Shown piece by piece: positions 30,273-40,073 of a DNA stretch of 64,000 bases. Both the position numbers and the translations under genes were made by a program. The notes under the pieces were generated by a model. It ran no database searches. It was not told the DNA's origin and saw nothing but the letters and a program-made list of their open reading frames with translations. Positions within the stretch are counted from its first letter, which is position 1, and every line of letters starts with the position of its first letter. The stretch spans positions 640,001 through 704,000 of the forward strand of contig CAVTBR010000003.1 in assembly GCA_963733055.1 (NCBI GenBank). Direction: 5' to 3'. The stretch is from Candidatus Bathyarchaeota archaeon. Lineage in GTDB: Archaea; Thermoproteota; Bathyarchaeia; 40CM-2-53-6.

Positions 30273-31533
30273 GGGAACTACCGTTCGGCTTCCCGGTCAA
30301 GACATCAGCCAAATAACTGACGTTTAGTATAGTGAAGGCTGTTCCTGTAAGGAAGTTCATCGCGTACCTGGCCGGACCTATCATCGAGTACATTCCGTTC
30401 TCGAACTCGACAAAACCTGGGTATACGGGAGAAAGAAAGCGGATGAGGAAATAGTTGTTCATCACCAGATATATCATCGCAACAACCACCGTTGCAACAA
30501 GAAGCCGCTTTCTGCGCGGATTCCACAGAGCGACATCAATGGTCGCTAACGCGAAGAAGTAAAGAGCGTACTGTTCCGCAACTTGCGCCTTGAAAATTAG
30601 AAAGGCTAGGGTACAAACAAGCAGTGCTTGGAACAGTCCATGATCCGTTTCAGTTCGAAAACGTCGAATCGCAATCCAAGTAAAGATCACCAGCGCCGGA
30701 ATCCAGACCAACCCCAAAGCTCCGTATATTTCAGGAGGCAAGGAAGGAAGCAGACCCAAGTAAGTGAAGTAAAAGAACCCGCTCCAGATCGACATCGACC
30801 AGCCTCCTTTCCCAGCAGTGGAAGCCACGGTGGTACTGACGATCGAAAGCGGCCAACCCATAATCATGAAGGTCGCAGCCGAGAGGGCTACAGGAAGACC
30901 GATGGCGGCAAGGAAAGCCGGAAGTTCCTGGACTCTGCGGTTACGCAGCGTAATTGGGGCACAATAAATGATCGGTACGGATTTGGCGAAAACGGCTAGA
31001 CCAGCCCAGAACGACCGCCTCAACTGACTGATCGCCGTCGCGGAGATCATTAGGAAGCAGATTGCGATGGAGTCGAACATCCCCCAAATTCCGGAAATGA
31101 TTATCGTGAATGGAGAGAAGAGCCAAAACGACAATACCCAAAATCCCCCACCATCAGGCTTTCTCGATGACACATACGAGTACAACAAGTAGCCCAGTGC
31201 CGTATCTGCAAGGATGGCTGGCTGTTTCAAGAGGAAGTAGTAAACGAACCGGTCATTAAATCCGAACATCGAGTAGATCGCGTAAATCAAGCCCGTCATC
31301 AAGGGCCAGAACGGAAGATACGCGATAGTCGGTGTGTTACCGACCGAAAAGACGTTCGCGAAGCTTAAGCCAGGAACCGGAGGTAGAGTGTCATACGGGT
31401 TTCCTCCATGGTTCATCCAATAACCCAATCTCACCCACAACTCGAAGTCCGATGGATGGCCTGTCCAGAATGAGAAGAGCTCACGAATCAGAAGCCCAAG
31501 CACTAATAGTGCAACCAATCTCCGAACAAACAT
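30247..31533 (-). CDS. GT-C fold membrane glycosyltransferase (GT87/PIG-M-like)
   Basis: GHPSD, YLPFW, ISGIWGMFDS and EQY motifs; many TM helices. Confidence 0.7.
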   Translation of the reverse strand: MFVRRLVALLVLGLLIRELFSFWTGHPSDFELWVRLGYWMNHGGNPYDTLPPVPGLSFANVFSVGNTPTIAYLPFWPLMTGLIYAIYSMFGFNDRFVYYFLLKQPAILADTALGYLLYSYVSSRKPDGGGFWVLSFWLFSPFTIIISGIWGMFDSIAICFLMISATAISQLRRSFWAGLAVFAKSVPIIYCAPITLRNRRVQELPAFLAAIGLPVALSAATFMIMGWPLSIVSTTVASTAGKGGWSMSIWSGFFYFTYLGLLPSLPPEIYGALGLVWIPALVIFTWIAIRRFRTETDHGLFQALLVCTLAFLIFKAQVAEQYALYFFALATIDVALWNPRRKRLLVATVVVAMIYLVMNNYFLIRFLSPVYPGFVEFENGMYSMIGPARYAMNFLTGTAFTILNVSYLADVLTGKPNGSSLKSVSGSG

Positions 31534-31628
31534 ACCGGGACCTGTCTAAGGTTTCTTCATTATACTTTTCATTACGCAACCCAGCATCTTAGCCAGGGCG
31601 GCCATTTTCAGCATAAGACCTACAAGGA

Positions 31629-32825
31629 TTGGGCCCAACATCACTGTTTCGTGGGGATAACTTGCCATCGAGCGGTGATTACCTGCGCCTAGAAACCATC
31701 GGTCGACGAACCAAGTCCCCACACAACGTGCTAGTTCGTTTCATCGCTTATGGCGGAAAGATAGTTGTTTTCCCTCAGAATCAGGGACGGCAAGACTGGG
31801 TTGCTAATATTCGCGCAGACCCCAGTGTCAACTTGTTTGGCGTCGACAAAACCATCGCAGGCCAGGCTCAGGTTAAGCAAATCTCGGGCTTGAAAGATCC
31901 ACTCCTTGGCGTATTCACCAGAAAATACGGGGAGGACGAAGTGCGGAAGAGATACTGGGGTCAAACCCGGTATATCGAAATCGAAATCGTGTCTGAATCA
32001 AGGGCAGAAGACTACGAGGAACTGTATTACGCTGACCTACAAGCAGCCTTTGATGGTGTTGCAGAACATTACGACGAGCACATTCTCGGAAACCCCATGA
32101 ACGTTTGGCTCCGCAACCGCTCCGTGAACTACCTATCCAAGATTTTCAAACCGGGAGAGGTCGTGCTCGAGATAGGCTGCGGAACAGGCACCGAGACCCT
32201 TCTACTGGCCCAGCAAGGGCTGAAGATATTGGCTGCGGACATCTCGCCCAAGATGCTCGAAGTGCTAACAAGTAAAGCGAAAAGCGCCGGACTCTCTGAT
32301 CAGATCGTCCCAATCCAGACGCGGACCTACTTGCTAAAGGAAAAGCTGGAGCAATTGGGCTATGGTAGAATTGATGGTGCATACTCAACATATGGTGCGA
32401 TCAATTCAGAACCGAAGCTTGACCAACTATTCCAAGACCTACACTCGCTCATTCGCCCCGAAGGGCATTTGGTCCTCGGGGTTTGGAACAAGTATTGCTT
32501 GTATGAAATGTTAGGCTATTCGCTCAAGCTAAGACCATCTATGGCTTTCGCACGATGGACCAACCCAGTTCCGGTAGGCAAGTCCAGGTTCTGCATCACG
32601 TCATACGCCTATTCAGTCGGATCCTTGAAGAAACACCTAGGAACCATATTCAAACTGAAGAGAGTTTACGGCGTCGAAATATTACTCCCCGCCTCAAATC
32701 TAATTCGATACCTACCACCAGAGCCGCTGCTTAGTCTCGTGAAGAGAGTTGACATTATGCTTGAAGCACACTATCCCTGGAACCGTCTCGGCGATCACTT
32801 CCTCGGTGTGTATTCACGAGTCTAG
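31629..32825 (+). CDS. Fusion of a deazaflavin-dependent nitroreductase-like domain and a class I SAM methyltransferase
   Basis: LRLETIGRRT...DWVANIRADP, then AFDGVAEHYD and VLEIGCGTG...DISPKML. Confidence 0.8.
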   Translation: MGPTSLFRGDNLPSSGDYLRLETIGRRTKSPHNVLVRFIAYGGKIVVFPQNQGRQDWVANIRADPSVNLFGVDKTIAGQAQVKQISGLKDPLLGVFTRKYGEDEVRKRYWGQTRYIEIEIVSESRAEDYEELYYADLQAAFDGVAEHYDEHILGNPMNVWLRNRSVNYLSKIFKPGEVVLEIGCGTGTETLLLAQQGLKILAADISPKMLEVLTSKAKSAGLSDQIVPIQTRTYLLKEKLEQLGYGRIDGAYSTYGAINSEPKLDQLFQDLHSLIRPEGHLVLGVWNKYCLYEMLGYSLKLRPSMAFARWTNPVPVGKSRFCITSYAYSVGSLKKHLGTIFKLKRVYGVEILLPASNLIRYLPPEPLLSLVKRVDIMLEAHYPWNRLGDHFLGVYSRV

Positions 32826-32864
32826 GAAAACTCCTAACTAGACCACCTTTATTCGAGTAAGTGA

Positions 32865-33539
32865 TCATGAGGAACAGAAATATCTCTCAGCATAGGTGCT
32901 CCCGCATCTCTTACCGACCCCCCTGGCATGCTCCTCAAGAAGCACGCGGTGATCATTTTGAGTGAGGTACAGCTTGCTGAAAGAGAGTTTTCTTCTGAAT
33001 TGACTTTCTTCGAGAGGCCGGTATCGGACAGACAATTCCCCGCAACATTGCGATAACTCTCCGACACGTGTCTCGACTTCAACCTCAATGTCTTTCATTC
33101 TAGCAGCGTGAGGGAGGTCTTCGTAAAAACAAAGGCTTGGTCTTCGGTCACAACTTATCCAGTAATCGATCGCGGCACTCCGCACCGCTAGATGATCGGA
33201 ATGCGCAGATACACCAAGTGGACAGAAGACATGTCTGAATGTCCCTTGAAGGCCTTTAAGTTTGGTAGCGATTTGTCGCCCTTCAATCGGATAAGTTCGA
33301 ACGGATGAATCCTCCATCCATAGAAACTTGGATCTGACTCGAAGCCGGGTTAGTATGATTCTTTCTTCAGTCGTTCTCATGATTGTAACAATGTACTTTG
33401 GCAATAGCCCCCATTTCGTAAATCGAGAAACATTGAAGAAGACTACTGCAGTTCCGACCTCAGCATGGTCGAGTAGCGCGGAGAAGGCGGAGTATATGAG
33501 GTCATCCGGATGAGGAGCGAGGAAAAGGCTGGAAGTCAC
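32865..33539 (-). CDS. PIG-L family deacetylase
   Basis: APHPDD, HSDH and YEDLPH motifs; GTG start inferred. Confidence 0.85.
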   Translation of the reverse strand: MTSSLFLAPHPDDLIYSAFSALLDHAEVGTAVVFFNVSRFTKWGLLPKYIVTIMRTTEERIILTRLRVRSKFLWMEDSSVRTYPIEGRQIATKLKGLQGTFRHVFCPLGVSAHSDHLAVRSAAIDYWISCDRRPSLCFYEDLPHAARMKDIEVEVETRVGELSQCCGELSVRYRPLEESQFRRKLSFSKLYLTQNDHRVLLEEHARGVGKRCGSTYAERYFCSS

Positions 33540-33579
33540 GCAAATTCGTTCCTGGTTCGATTGGGAGATCAAATCTAGC

Positions 33580-34726
33580 TTGACGAATCTCGGAAAGTTG
33601 CTTGTACCTTGGTATAAGTACCCGCCGTTTAGGAAAGAAGGAATAGGCGGGCTGTCTGTTGCTGTCTGGGAACTGACACAGGAGCTCGCATCACAAGGAA
33701 CTACCTTGGACGTCTTAACTCGAACTGCCGATGTTGATGGCGGAGACATGCAACGAGGTGTCCGCGTCGTCCGTTCAGATCTAGGCGAAAAGTTCGCGCG
33801 AAATCAACCTTTGACGGAAAATGAGGGCAGGTTCCTGAATGATTATGACGCCATCCTATCTGTCAACAATTACGCAGCGCGAACACTCCGCTCGTACAGA
33901 CGAGGATTTGGTAGAATTACCAGGCAGATTCACACGATTGGGCAAGACCGTCGCATTGACACGTATGTATCCTTGAAACCAAGCGTTGTTGAACTCCTTA
34001 GGATGGTTGCGGCTAGGAGAAAAGATCGAAGGGACTTACGATCACTGAAGGGAAGCAAGACGATTTGTGTAAGCAGTTATTTGATGCACAAGATGCAAGC
34101 TGGGGTTTTGGAGGATCCCCGGAATCTGTACGTGGTGCCGAACGGCATTCAGAGCAAATCCTTTCGCCCCATGAATCTGGCCAAAGAATACGACCTTCTA
34201 TTCATAGGGCGATTTCAAAAGGCGAAGGGGCTTGATGTTCTCCTTCGAGCATTACACTTCATCCAAAATACGATGGGTGAAACTTACAAACTTGCGATCG
34301 TAGGGGAATTTACTAACGAACAGAGAACGCTCCTCACAGAGGACGTCCCAGAGATAGTAAGAGAAGGCATAGTGTTCTTGGGCACCCTTCCGCGGGAGCG
34401 TATGCCCGAGGCAATTAACCGTGCGAAGCTCATCGTCGTCCCATCGCGGTACGAAACATTTGGTCTTCCCGCGCTTGAGGCGATGGCGTGTGGTGTCCCG
34501 GTCTTAGCAACGAGGGTTGGTGGTTTGGTTGAAGTTGTAGATGAATCAGTAGGCGTCCTAGTCGAGCCAGATGATCACGTGGCCTTAGCTAGAGCGATTT
34601 ATACCTGCCTTGAGGATGCTTCATTGGCCGAAACGCACGCTCGCATGCGGCCCAACGAAAGTAGAGAAGTACGATTGGCGAGTGATTGCTCCCAAGATTC
34701 TAGAAGTCTTGTTCAAGAAAACCTAG
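33580..34726 (+). CDS. GT4 glycosyltransferase (+1 frameshift at ~34632)
   Basis: GR..KAKG and ETFGLPALEAMACG motifs; typical KYDW C-terminus in the shifted frame, ending TAG at 34726. Confidence 0.88.
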
Positions 34727-34746
34727 AGATAGTCGTCTGGTTCAAG

Positions 34747-35004
34747 TTACGCTATAAATTTGGTTCTCTGCTTCAGTTTTATGTTGGCGAGCTTATTCCA
34801 ATTCTGCAGGATCCGAGTTATGTCGTATCCGCACACCTCGACTATACCGGGGTAAGGATCAGTGGTGGGGGCGATTTTGATTCCAAGGCACTTCGAGCAT
34901 ATGAAGAAGAAGTAGGCTCTGCTTTTGGTGGTTATAGAAAACAAGATTCCCGTTCTCTCGATCAGGACCTTGAACATTGTCCGCTCGCAGATCAGCTTCC
35001 TCAT
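34747..35004 (-). CDS. Hypothetical 85-aa protein
   Basis: ATGA overlap with the upstream GT2 stop; CSKC motif. Confidence 0.45.
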   Translation of the reverse strand: MRKLICERTMFKVLIERTGILFSITTKSRAYFFFICSKCLGIKIAPTTDPYPGIVEVCGYDITRILQNWNKLANIKLKQRTKFIA

Positions 35005-35757
35005 GCTTCGCCACTTACGCCCCTATTCAATCGTAACCAAGGAGCTGGTTTTACGAAGCCATGTAGGAACTTCAGATAGAATATCGGGACGTAGACAATG
35101 TTCTTCAAGTTTCGACTATTCAGGCTTAGCAGGACGATTACCTTCAAAGCCAAAAGTAGCTCTTTGTGATTGGAGTCAGGGAGAATCCTTGTGTTAGCTC
35201 CTTCCCATTCTGGTTTGAACCTTCGAAATTGCGAGCGGTGAATAATTGAATCATCGGCGTAAAAGGTTAGGAGGTTCTTCTTGTTCAAGCGCTTTTGGAT
35301 GAAGAATGTCTCTCTTGCATCAATATAGTCAGGTACAATCTTGCCCAAGAAGTCATTCTTACGCAGAATGAGTAAACTTGCTGGGAGACCGTAGCGGAAC
35401 CGATGGCCTAGGGCCATCCCCACGACTGCACCATACTGTCTCCGACTCAGAACTCAAGTCGCAGACTTCGAGAAAATCTCTTCTTACTATTTCAACATCG
35501 GAGTCGACGAATACAATGTATTTGGAATTTGTGAGGTCGAAGCAGAGTTGCCTCGCATGCCCTAGCCCTTTCGCCTCTGAGAATATTTCCGCACCGAATT
35601 CTTTTGCGATTTTAACAGAGCCATCTCTGCTCCGATGATCGACAACCAAGAGCCACGACTCGGGGGCGACTTTTCTTATGCTCTCCAAACAGCGTACCAA
35701 TGTTTTTGCCGAGTTGTAAGTGCACACGCAGATTGTCAGAGATCGATCGTCTGCCAA
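35001..35757 (-). CDS. GT2 glycosyltransferase (+1 frameshift at ~35455)
   Basis: CTYNS, VVD..SRDGS and FVDSD motifs; continues in ORF 35001-35423. Confidence 0.82.
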
Positions 35758-35778
35758 CGTTATCGGTTTGCTCCGGCG

Positions 35779-36771
35779 TTAGGATTGGCTGCCGTATCGG
35801 CGCCAGGGCACATGCTTCTTCGAAGTGAGAATATCACCAATCGCAAGAACCGTGGAAAACGCTTCGCCGATCACGGCGACCGGCACGGCGAGAGCTAATT
35901 TCGGTGATTTCGCTGTGGCCCTGATAAGAATTGATAGGCTAAGCAGAGGGCTAGAGGCGAGCATTGATTCTGTTGTCCTCGGTGCTTGACCTATAGATCG
36001 GAGTATTTGGAAGTGCCCATAGAGTATTCGCCTGCGTTGCGCTAGCAGGTCGGAATACTTGCTCGGGACATCAATTCTGACCCGTGCTGATTCACAGAAC
36101 CTTATCGCGTAACCTGCCCGGTAAGCCTCTCCGGCCAAGAAAGCGCCATCGTTTACGGTATTCTCAGGCAATTTGCGAATGGCTTCGGACCTTACGACGA
36201 TTAGTTCGTCACAGCAGTGATTGTTTCGGTTCTCCTCGTTCAATGCGAACAGACATTCATTATGGACTCCCCACATCAGCTGGAGCACCGCCCCTGTAAC
36301 GCCTCTTATTTCTTCGATTACGGGAGAAGCCGACACCAGACCAACGTGCTTGTCTCGCGAGATGGCTGCTAGCAGCGTGGAGATGGATCCAGGTTCGGGA
36401 CGGGCATCCGAGTTGACGAGTACGAGAAATTGGCCGGTGAACGACTCGATTATCTGGTTAATCGCTTCAGCCTTCCCGCGTCGAGTCGGCTCCTCAACTA
36501 AGACTACGCTAGCATGGCTATTCGCAAATTCCCTGACAAATCTGAGCGCTTGGATGTCGAGGCCACTGCCGACGATCACGATCTTGTCCAGCACAAAGTT
36601 CTCGGGGTATGGTTCAGTCTCCAAGATCTTGAGTAATTCCTTGAGGTTTGAAGCATGATCGGCTGCACAAATGCCGATAGAAAATTCGGCCCCGATTAGC
36701 TTAGGTTGAGGTGTAATTAGACGTTGGCTCATTGACCGACCACACTCTTGCTTGGGAGGTCGATTACTCAC
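35779..36771 (-). CDS. GT2 glycosyltransferase
   Basis: RRGKAEAIN, VNSD, VNDG and QRRR motifs. Confidence 0.85.
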   Translation of the reverse strand: MSNRPPKQECGRSMSQRLITPQPKLIGAEFSIGICAADHASNLKELLKILETEPYPENFVLDKIVIVGSGLDIQALRFVREFANSHASVVLVEEPTRRGKAEAINQIIESFTGQFLVLVNSDARPEPGSISTLLAAISRDKHVGLVSASPVIEEIRGVTGAVLQLMWGVHNECLFALNEENRNNHCCDELIVVRSEAIRKLPENTVNDGAFLAGEAYRAGYAIRFCESARVRIDVPSKYSDLLAQRRRILYGHFQILRSIGQAPRTTESMLASSPLLSLSILIRATAKSPKLALAVPVAVIGEAFSTVLAIGDILTSKKHVPWRRYGSQS

Positions 36772-37720
36772 CCCAGAGTACGCGCAGCCACCTGTAGAAG
36801 TTCGAAGTGTAGATGCAGGAGTTGGAAGTCATTATTGGCTCAAAAACTCGCAGATCCTTGCCTTCGGACTCTAGCGTAAGGTTCGTGAGATAGGCGCGAA
36901 GTCGAAGGTAGCGACTCAAAATCAGGTAAGTAATTCCTTCCGCACAGGCGAGGACGAGTGAGAAGCTGCCCGAGTCACCTTTCCTATGGGCAACACCATT
37001 CAAGCCAGGGCCCAGTAGTTTCAATTTGCGTCGGTATGGTTTCGGGAAGAATTCTTCGACCCATTCATTATCTGCGAGCATCTTTCGGTATTCTTCTCTA
37101 CCTGCCACCGGTTGTGCTTTGAGTAGTTCGCGGGCGAAGAGTGAACTGGCTCTGCTCTTGCGAGATTCGTTCAAGAAGCCCTGTTCATCATGCACGTAGC
37201 TTAGGCAGAACTTGGAGAGGTGAGGGGGCCTAAGAGTCAGTAGCTTGTTTAACCTAACCAGTACCAGAGTGAGTAGTGCTGACATCCACAGTCGGTTTCG
37301 CTCGGTAACTATGAAAAGGTCTATGTCGTCCCATTTGGTCGCGCTTCCATATGCCACGCTACCGGTGACGGCGACGGTTCGGATAAAGGGAATCATTCGC
37401 GTCAACAGGTTCGCGAAGCTGCCCGCGGAATCTAATTTATCGGCTGATGCCCGCCCAGTTTCGGAACGGGATAGGCTAGTCTGATCCTCATTTGTGATGA
37501 GATAGCCGTCTCTAATTTTGAATCCGAGATCAGCAAATTTGCTATTATTTAGCATTGATTCGAGTTGCTGAGGAGTAATGCTGCATTTGGGTAGGAAATA
37601 GTCTGCGACCTCTTCCAAGGTGAAAGGAAAATTGAGGTATTCGGAAACCTCATAGACTTTCTGCAGTTCGGCGTGTACTTGTTCTAAGTCGTATAGATGG
37701 TTGGTTGTCACGCTTCGCAT
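36764..37720 (-). CDS. Protein with nucleotidyltransferase-like domain
   Basis: VTGSVAYG...DDIDLFIV (GS..DxD) motif. Confidence 0.7.
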   Translation of the reverse strand: MRSVTTNHLYDLEQVHAELQKVYEVSEYLNFPFTLEEVADYFLPKCSITPQQLESMLNNSKFADLGFKIRDGYLITNEDQTSLSRSETGRASADKLDSAGSFANLLTRMIPFIRTVAVTGSVAYGSATKWDDIDLFIVTERNRLWMSALLTLVLVRLNKLLTLRPPHLSKFCLSYVHDEQGFLNESRKSRASSLFARELLKAQPVAGREEYRKMLADNEWVEEFFPKPYRRKLKLLGPGLNGVAHRKGDSGSFSLVLACAEGITYLILSRYLRLRAYLTNLTLESEGKDLRVFEPIMTSNSCIYTSNFYRWLRVLWGE

Positions 37721-37822
37721 AACTTTTCACCTCTTCGGATTTTTCTAATTTTCCGGTTTGACCGAGCGGCTCGCTGAGCTGAGCGGTATAAAAGAGTTAC
37801 TACTATCGGTGTAGTAGCTTTT

Positions 37823-38305
37823 CTACCGCCTCTTAATTAGGAACGCTACTACCGCAAAAATCACAAGCCAAACTCCAGCGGAGATTACGTTCCAGAGACT
37901 AACAAACAAGTACCCAGATGCATCGGTAACTTGGAGTTGTAACGCCATTATTCTCCCACGAAGGTCATCCATTCCCGTCTGGTACGCGGTACTATTCCGG
38001 GGCAGACTCTCAAGGATCGTTGCACGCGCAATTATTCCATCTATATCATGCTGAATTTCACGAAAATCGGTCTTGTCGGTTGGAAACCACCATACCGGGT
38101 TTCCAGATTTGGGCAGGAGAAGCCGTCCGCGTTGCATATACGCGATCATATCTTCGGCAAAACCCGCAGTTTCGGCACGGTTGAACAAAGCGTTAGCCCG
38201 GTTGATAGCGTAGAAGGAGTTGTAGTATGCATAGTAGGACATCGATGCACCCACGACGATGATGGCCAGGAACGCAACTAATCCTAGAATTACTCGCTTC
38301 TCCAA
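37823..38305 (-). CDS. Hypothetical membrane protein (two TM flanking an extracellular domain)
   Basis: Hydrophobic N- and C-termini; 1 bp downstream of the GT2 synthase. Confidence 0.7.
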   Translation of the reverse strand: MEKRVILGLVAFLAIIVVGASMSYYAYYNSFYAINRANALFNRAETAGFAEDMIAYMQRGRLLLPKSGNPVWWFPTDKTDFREIQHDIDGIIARATILESLPRNSTAYQTGMDDLRGRIMALQLQVTDASGYLFVSLWNVISAGVWLVIFAVVAFLIKRR

Positions 38306-38306
38306 A

Positions 38307-39758
38307 TCAAACCTTCACCCGACCCGCAAATGAATGCAGGATCGTTAATCCAGCGACATAAATGAAACCCAAAGTTTGTGCCGCAAGATTCGGTATTAAT
38401 AGAAAGCTTCCCTTGATCAGAGCCATCAGAATCACTACGACTCCATAAGCCGCGAGCGCAATCTCTCCGCTTGTGACCCACGAAAACGGGACTGAGTAGC
38501 CTTTCCCCTTCCACGTATCGTGACCTCCGGTTATCCCGTATTTCGGCGTACGATCAAAGGAACCCTTGTAACCCAGCAATCCTTGGAAGAACCCGATTGA
38601 ATTCGTTAACGATATTCCTTCGCCGAAGAGGAGGAGGTACATGTAACGTGGCACCATCGAATACCAATTCTTCCCGTACATCTTCCTGATCGCATACACG
38701 TACGCGAGAGGTCCGAGGGTCAGCTGAGAAACTATCCCGGTAGTCGGGGAAAGGTCAAACCCCCAAGCGATTAAGAACGGGAGCAATAACAACTGCAGAA
38801 TGCTGAGTGGAAAAACGATGTGCCGCGTCAGCTGAAATAATGCCTGAATCTTTGTGCCCAACTTCAACCGGCTCTCAAGAACGTCTCCGAAAAATTTCCT
38901 AACACACTGGGCGGTTCCCTTAGCCCACCTGTACTGTTGTCTTCGCGAAGCGTTCATCTGTACTGGAACTTCCCCGTGAGTCAGCTGATCATCAACCAGA
39001 ATGAACTTCCAACCCTTCATTTGAGCTCTAAAACTCAAATCTAGGTCTTCGGCGAGCGTATCATGCCAACCGCCCGCATCTAGGATACAGTCCTTACGCC
39101 AAACTCCACCTGTACCGTTGAATGTCATGAAGAGTTCCGAGTAGCTTTTCGCGCGTTGTTCAATTAGGAAGTGAGCGTCCAAGCTGAGTGCCTGGGCCTC
39201 GGTTAGGGTTGAATAATTGTCGTTTAGGTGGCCCCATCTTGTCTGAACCATTCCAATCTCTTTGGACGTGAAGTAGGATAGGCTCTTCATGAGGAACTCT
39301 TTCGGGGGAAGAAAGTCGGCATCGAAAATAGCTATGAACTCTCCCTTCGCAGTTTTCAATGCCTCTTGAAGCGCCCCAGCTTTGTAACCCGTACGCGTGG
39401 ACCGATGAATGTAGAGTAGGTCTATTCCTTTGTCTCGAAACTCTTGTACCACATTCTTACAGATATCCGCCGTTTCATCTGTTGAGTCGTCTAGGACTTG
39501 TACTTCGAGTTTTGATTTTGGATATTCGACTTGGCACGTTGTTTCGATTATTCGCTTCGCGACATATCGTTCATTGTATATTGGTAGCTGGATTGTAACG
39601 TGTGGTAAGTCCGGGTTCGAGATCGGCAGAGGTTTGGGTTTTGAAGGGTTGCGTGATGATCTGAAGGTGAGATAGTAGAAGTTCGCCCCGTAGGCGAACA
39701 TGAGGGCTGAGATGACGGTATATACGCTGAAAAGTAATTCACCAAGCAAACTTACCAA
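38307..39758 (-). CDS. Processive GT2, cellulose-synthase-like
   Basis: QLPIYNE, DDSTD, YKAGAL, FDAD, AEDLD and QQYRW motifs. Confidence 0.92.
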   Translation of the reverse strand: MVSLLGELLFSVYTVISALMFAYGANFYYLTFRSSRNPSKPKPLPISNPDLPHVTIQLPIYNERYVAKRIIETTCQVEYPKSKLEVQVLDDSTDETADICKNVVQEFRDKGIDLLYIHRSTRTGYKAGALQEALKTAKGEFIAIFDADFLPPKEFLMKSLSYFTSKEIGMVQTRWGHLNDNYSTLTEAQALSLDAHFLIEQRAKSYSELFMTFNGTGGVWRKDCILDAGGWHDTLAEDLDLSFRAQMKGWKFILVDDQLTHGEVPVQMNASRRQQYRWAKGTAQCVRKFFGDVLESRLKLGTKIQALFQLTRHIVFPLSILQLLLLPFLIAWGFDLSPTTGIVSQLTLGPLAYVYAIRKMYGKNWYSMVPRYMYLLLFGEGISLTNSIGFFQGLLGYKGSFDRTPKYGITGGHDTWKGKGYSVPFSWVTSGEIALAAYGVVVILMALIKGSFLLIPNLAAQTLGFIYVAGLTILHSFAGRVKV

Positions 39759-39899
39759 TCCATCCGATCTTTGGCCGCATGATGGGCTCTCCGCTTCCCG
39801 TTAGACCGATTTATTACTATTATCGTAGTAGCAACCCTCTCACAAGAAATCCCAAGGCAACCAGCAACACTTGTTAATGCGTCTCAGGCCAACATAGCT

Positions 39900-39971
39900 G
39901 CGGCATGACGTGGATTGACCTGCACCGAGGCGACCTCACGCCAGATGAGGAGATGCATCTCCGCTGACCGC
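39900..39971 (+). ncRNA. Probable C/D-box 2'-O-methylation guide sRNA
   Basis: GCGG/CCGC terminal stem; C-like ATGACGT, D' CCGA, C' ATGAGGA and D CTGA boxes; 12-13-nt guides. Confidence 0.65.
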
Positions 39972-40073
39972 GATAAAGACTTAAAGTGACATCTGAAACT
40001 CCTCGATTCCGAAGGTGCCCTTACGCCAGATTCCCGCGATTACGTTGCGCCGAGTTGGGATGAAATTTACGAC

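Noticed and set aside
34727-35079. C-terminal extension of GT4 (499-aa ORF in the track)
   Set aside because: Artefact of the frameshift; the real YDW C-terminus ends at 34726.
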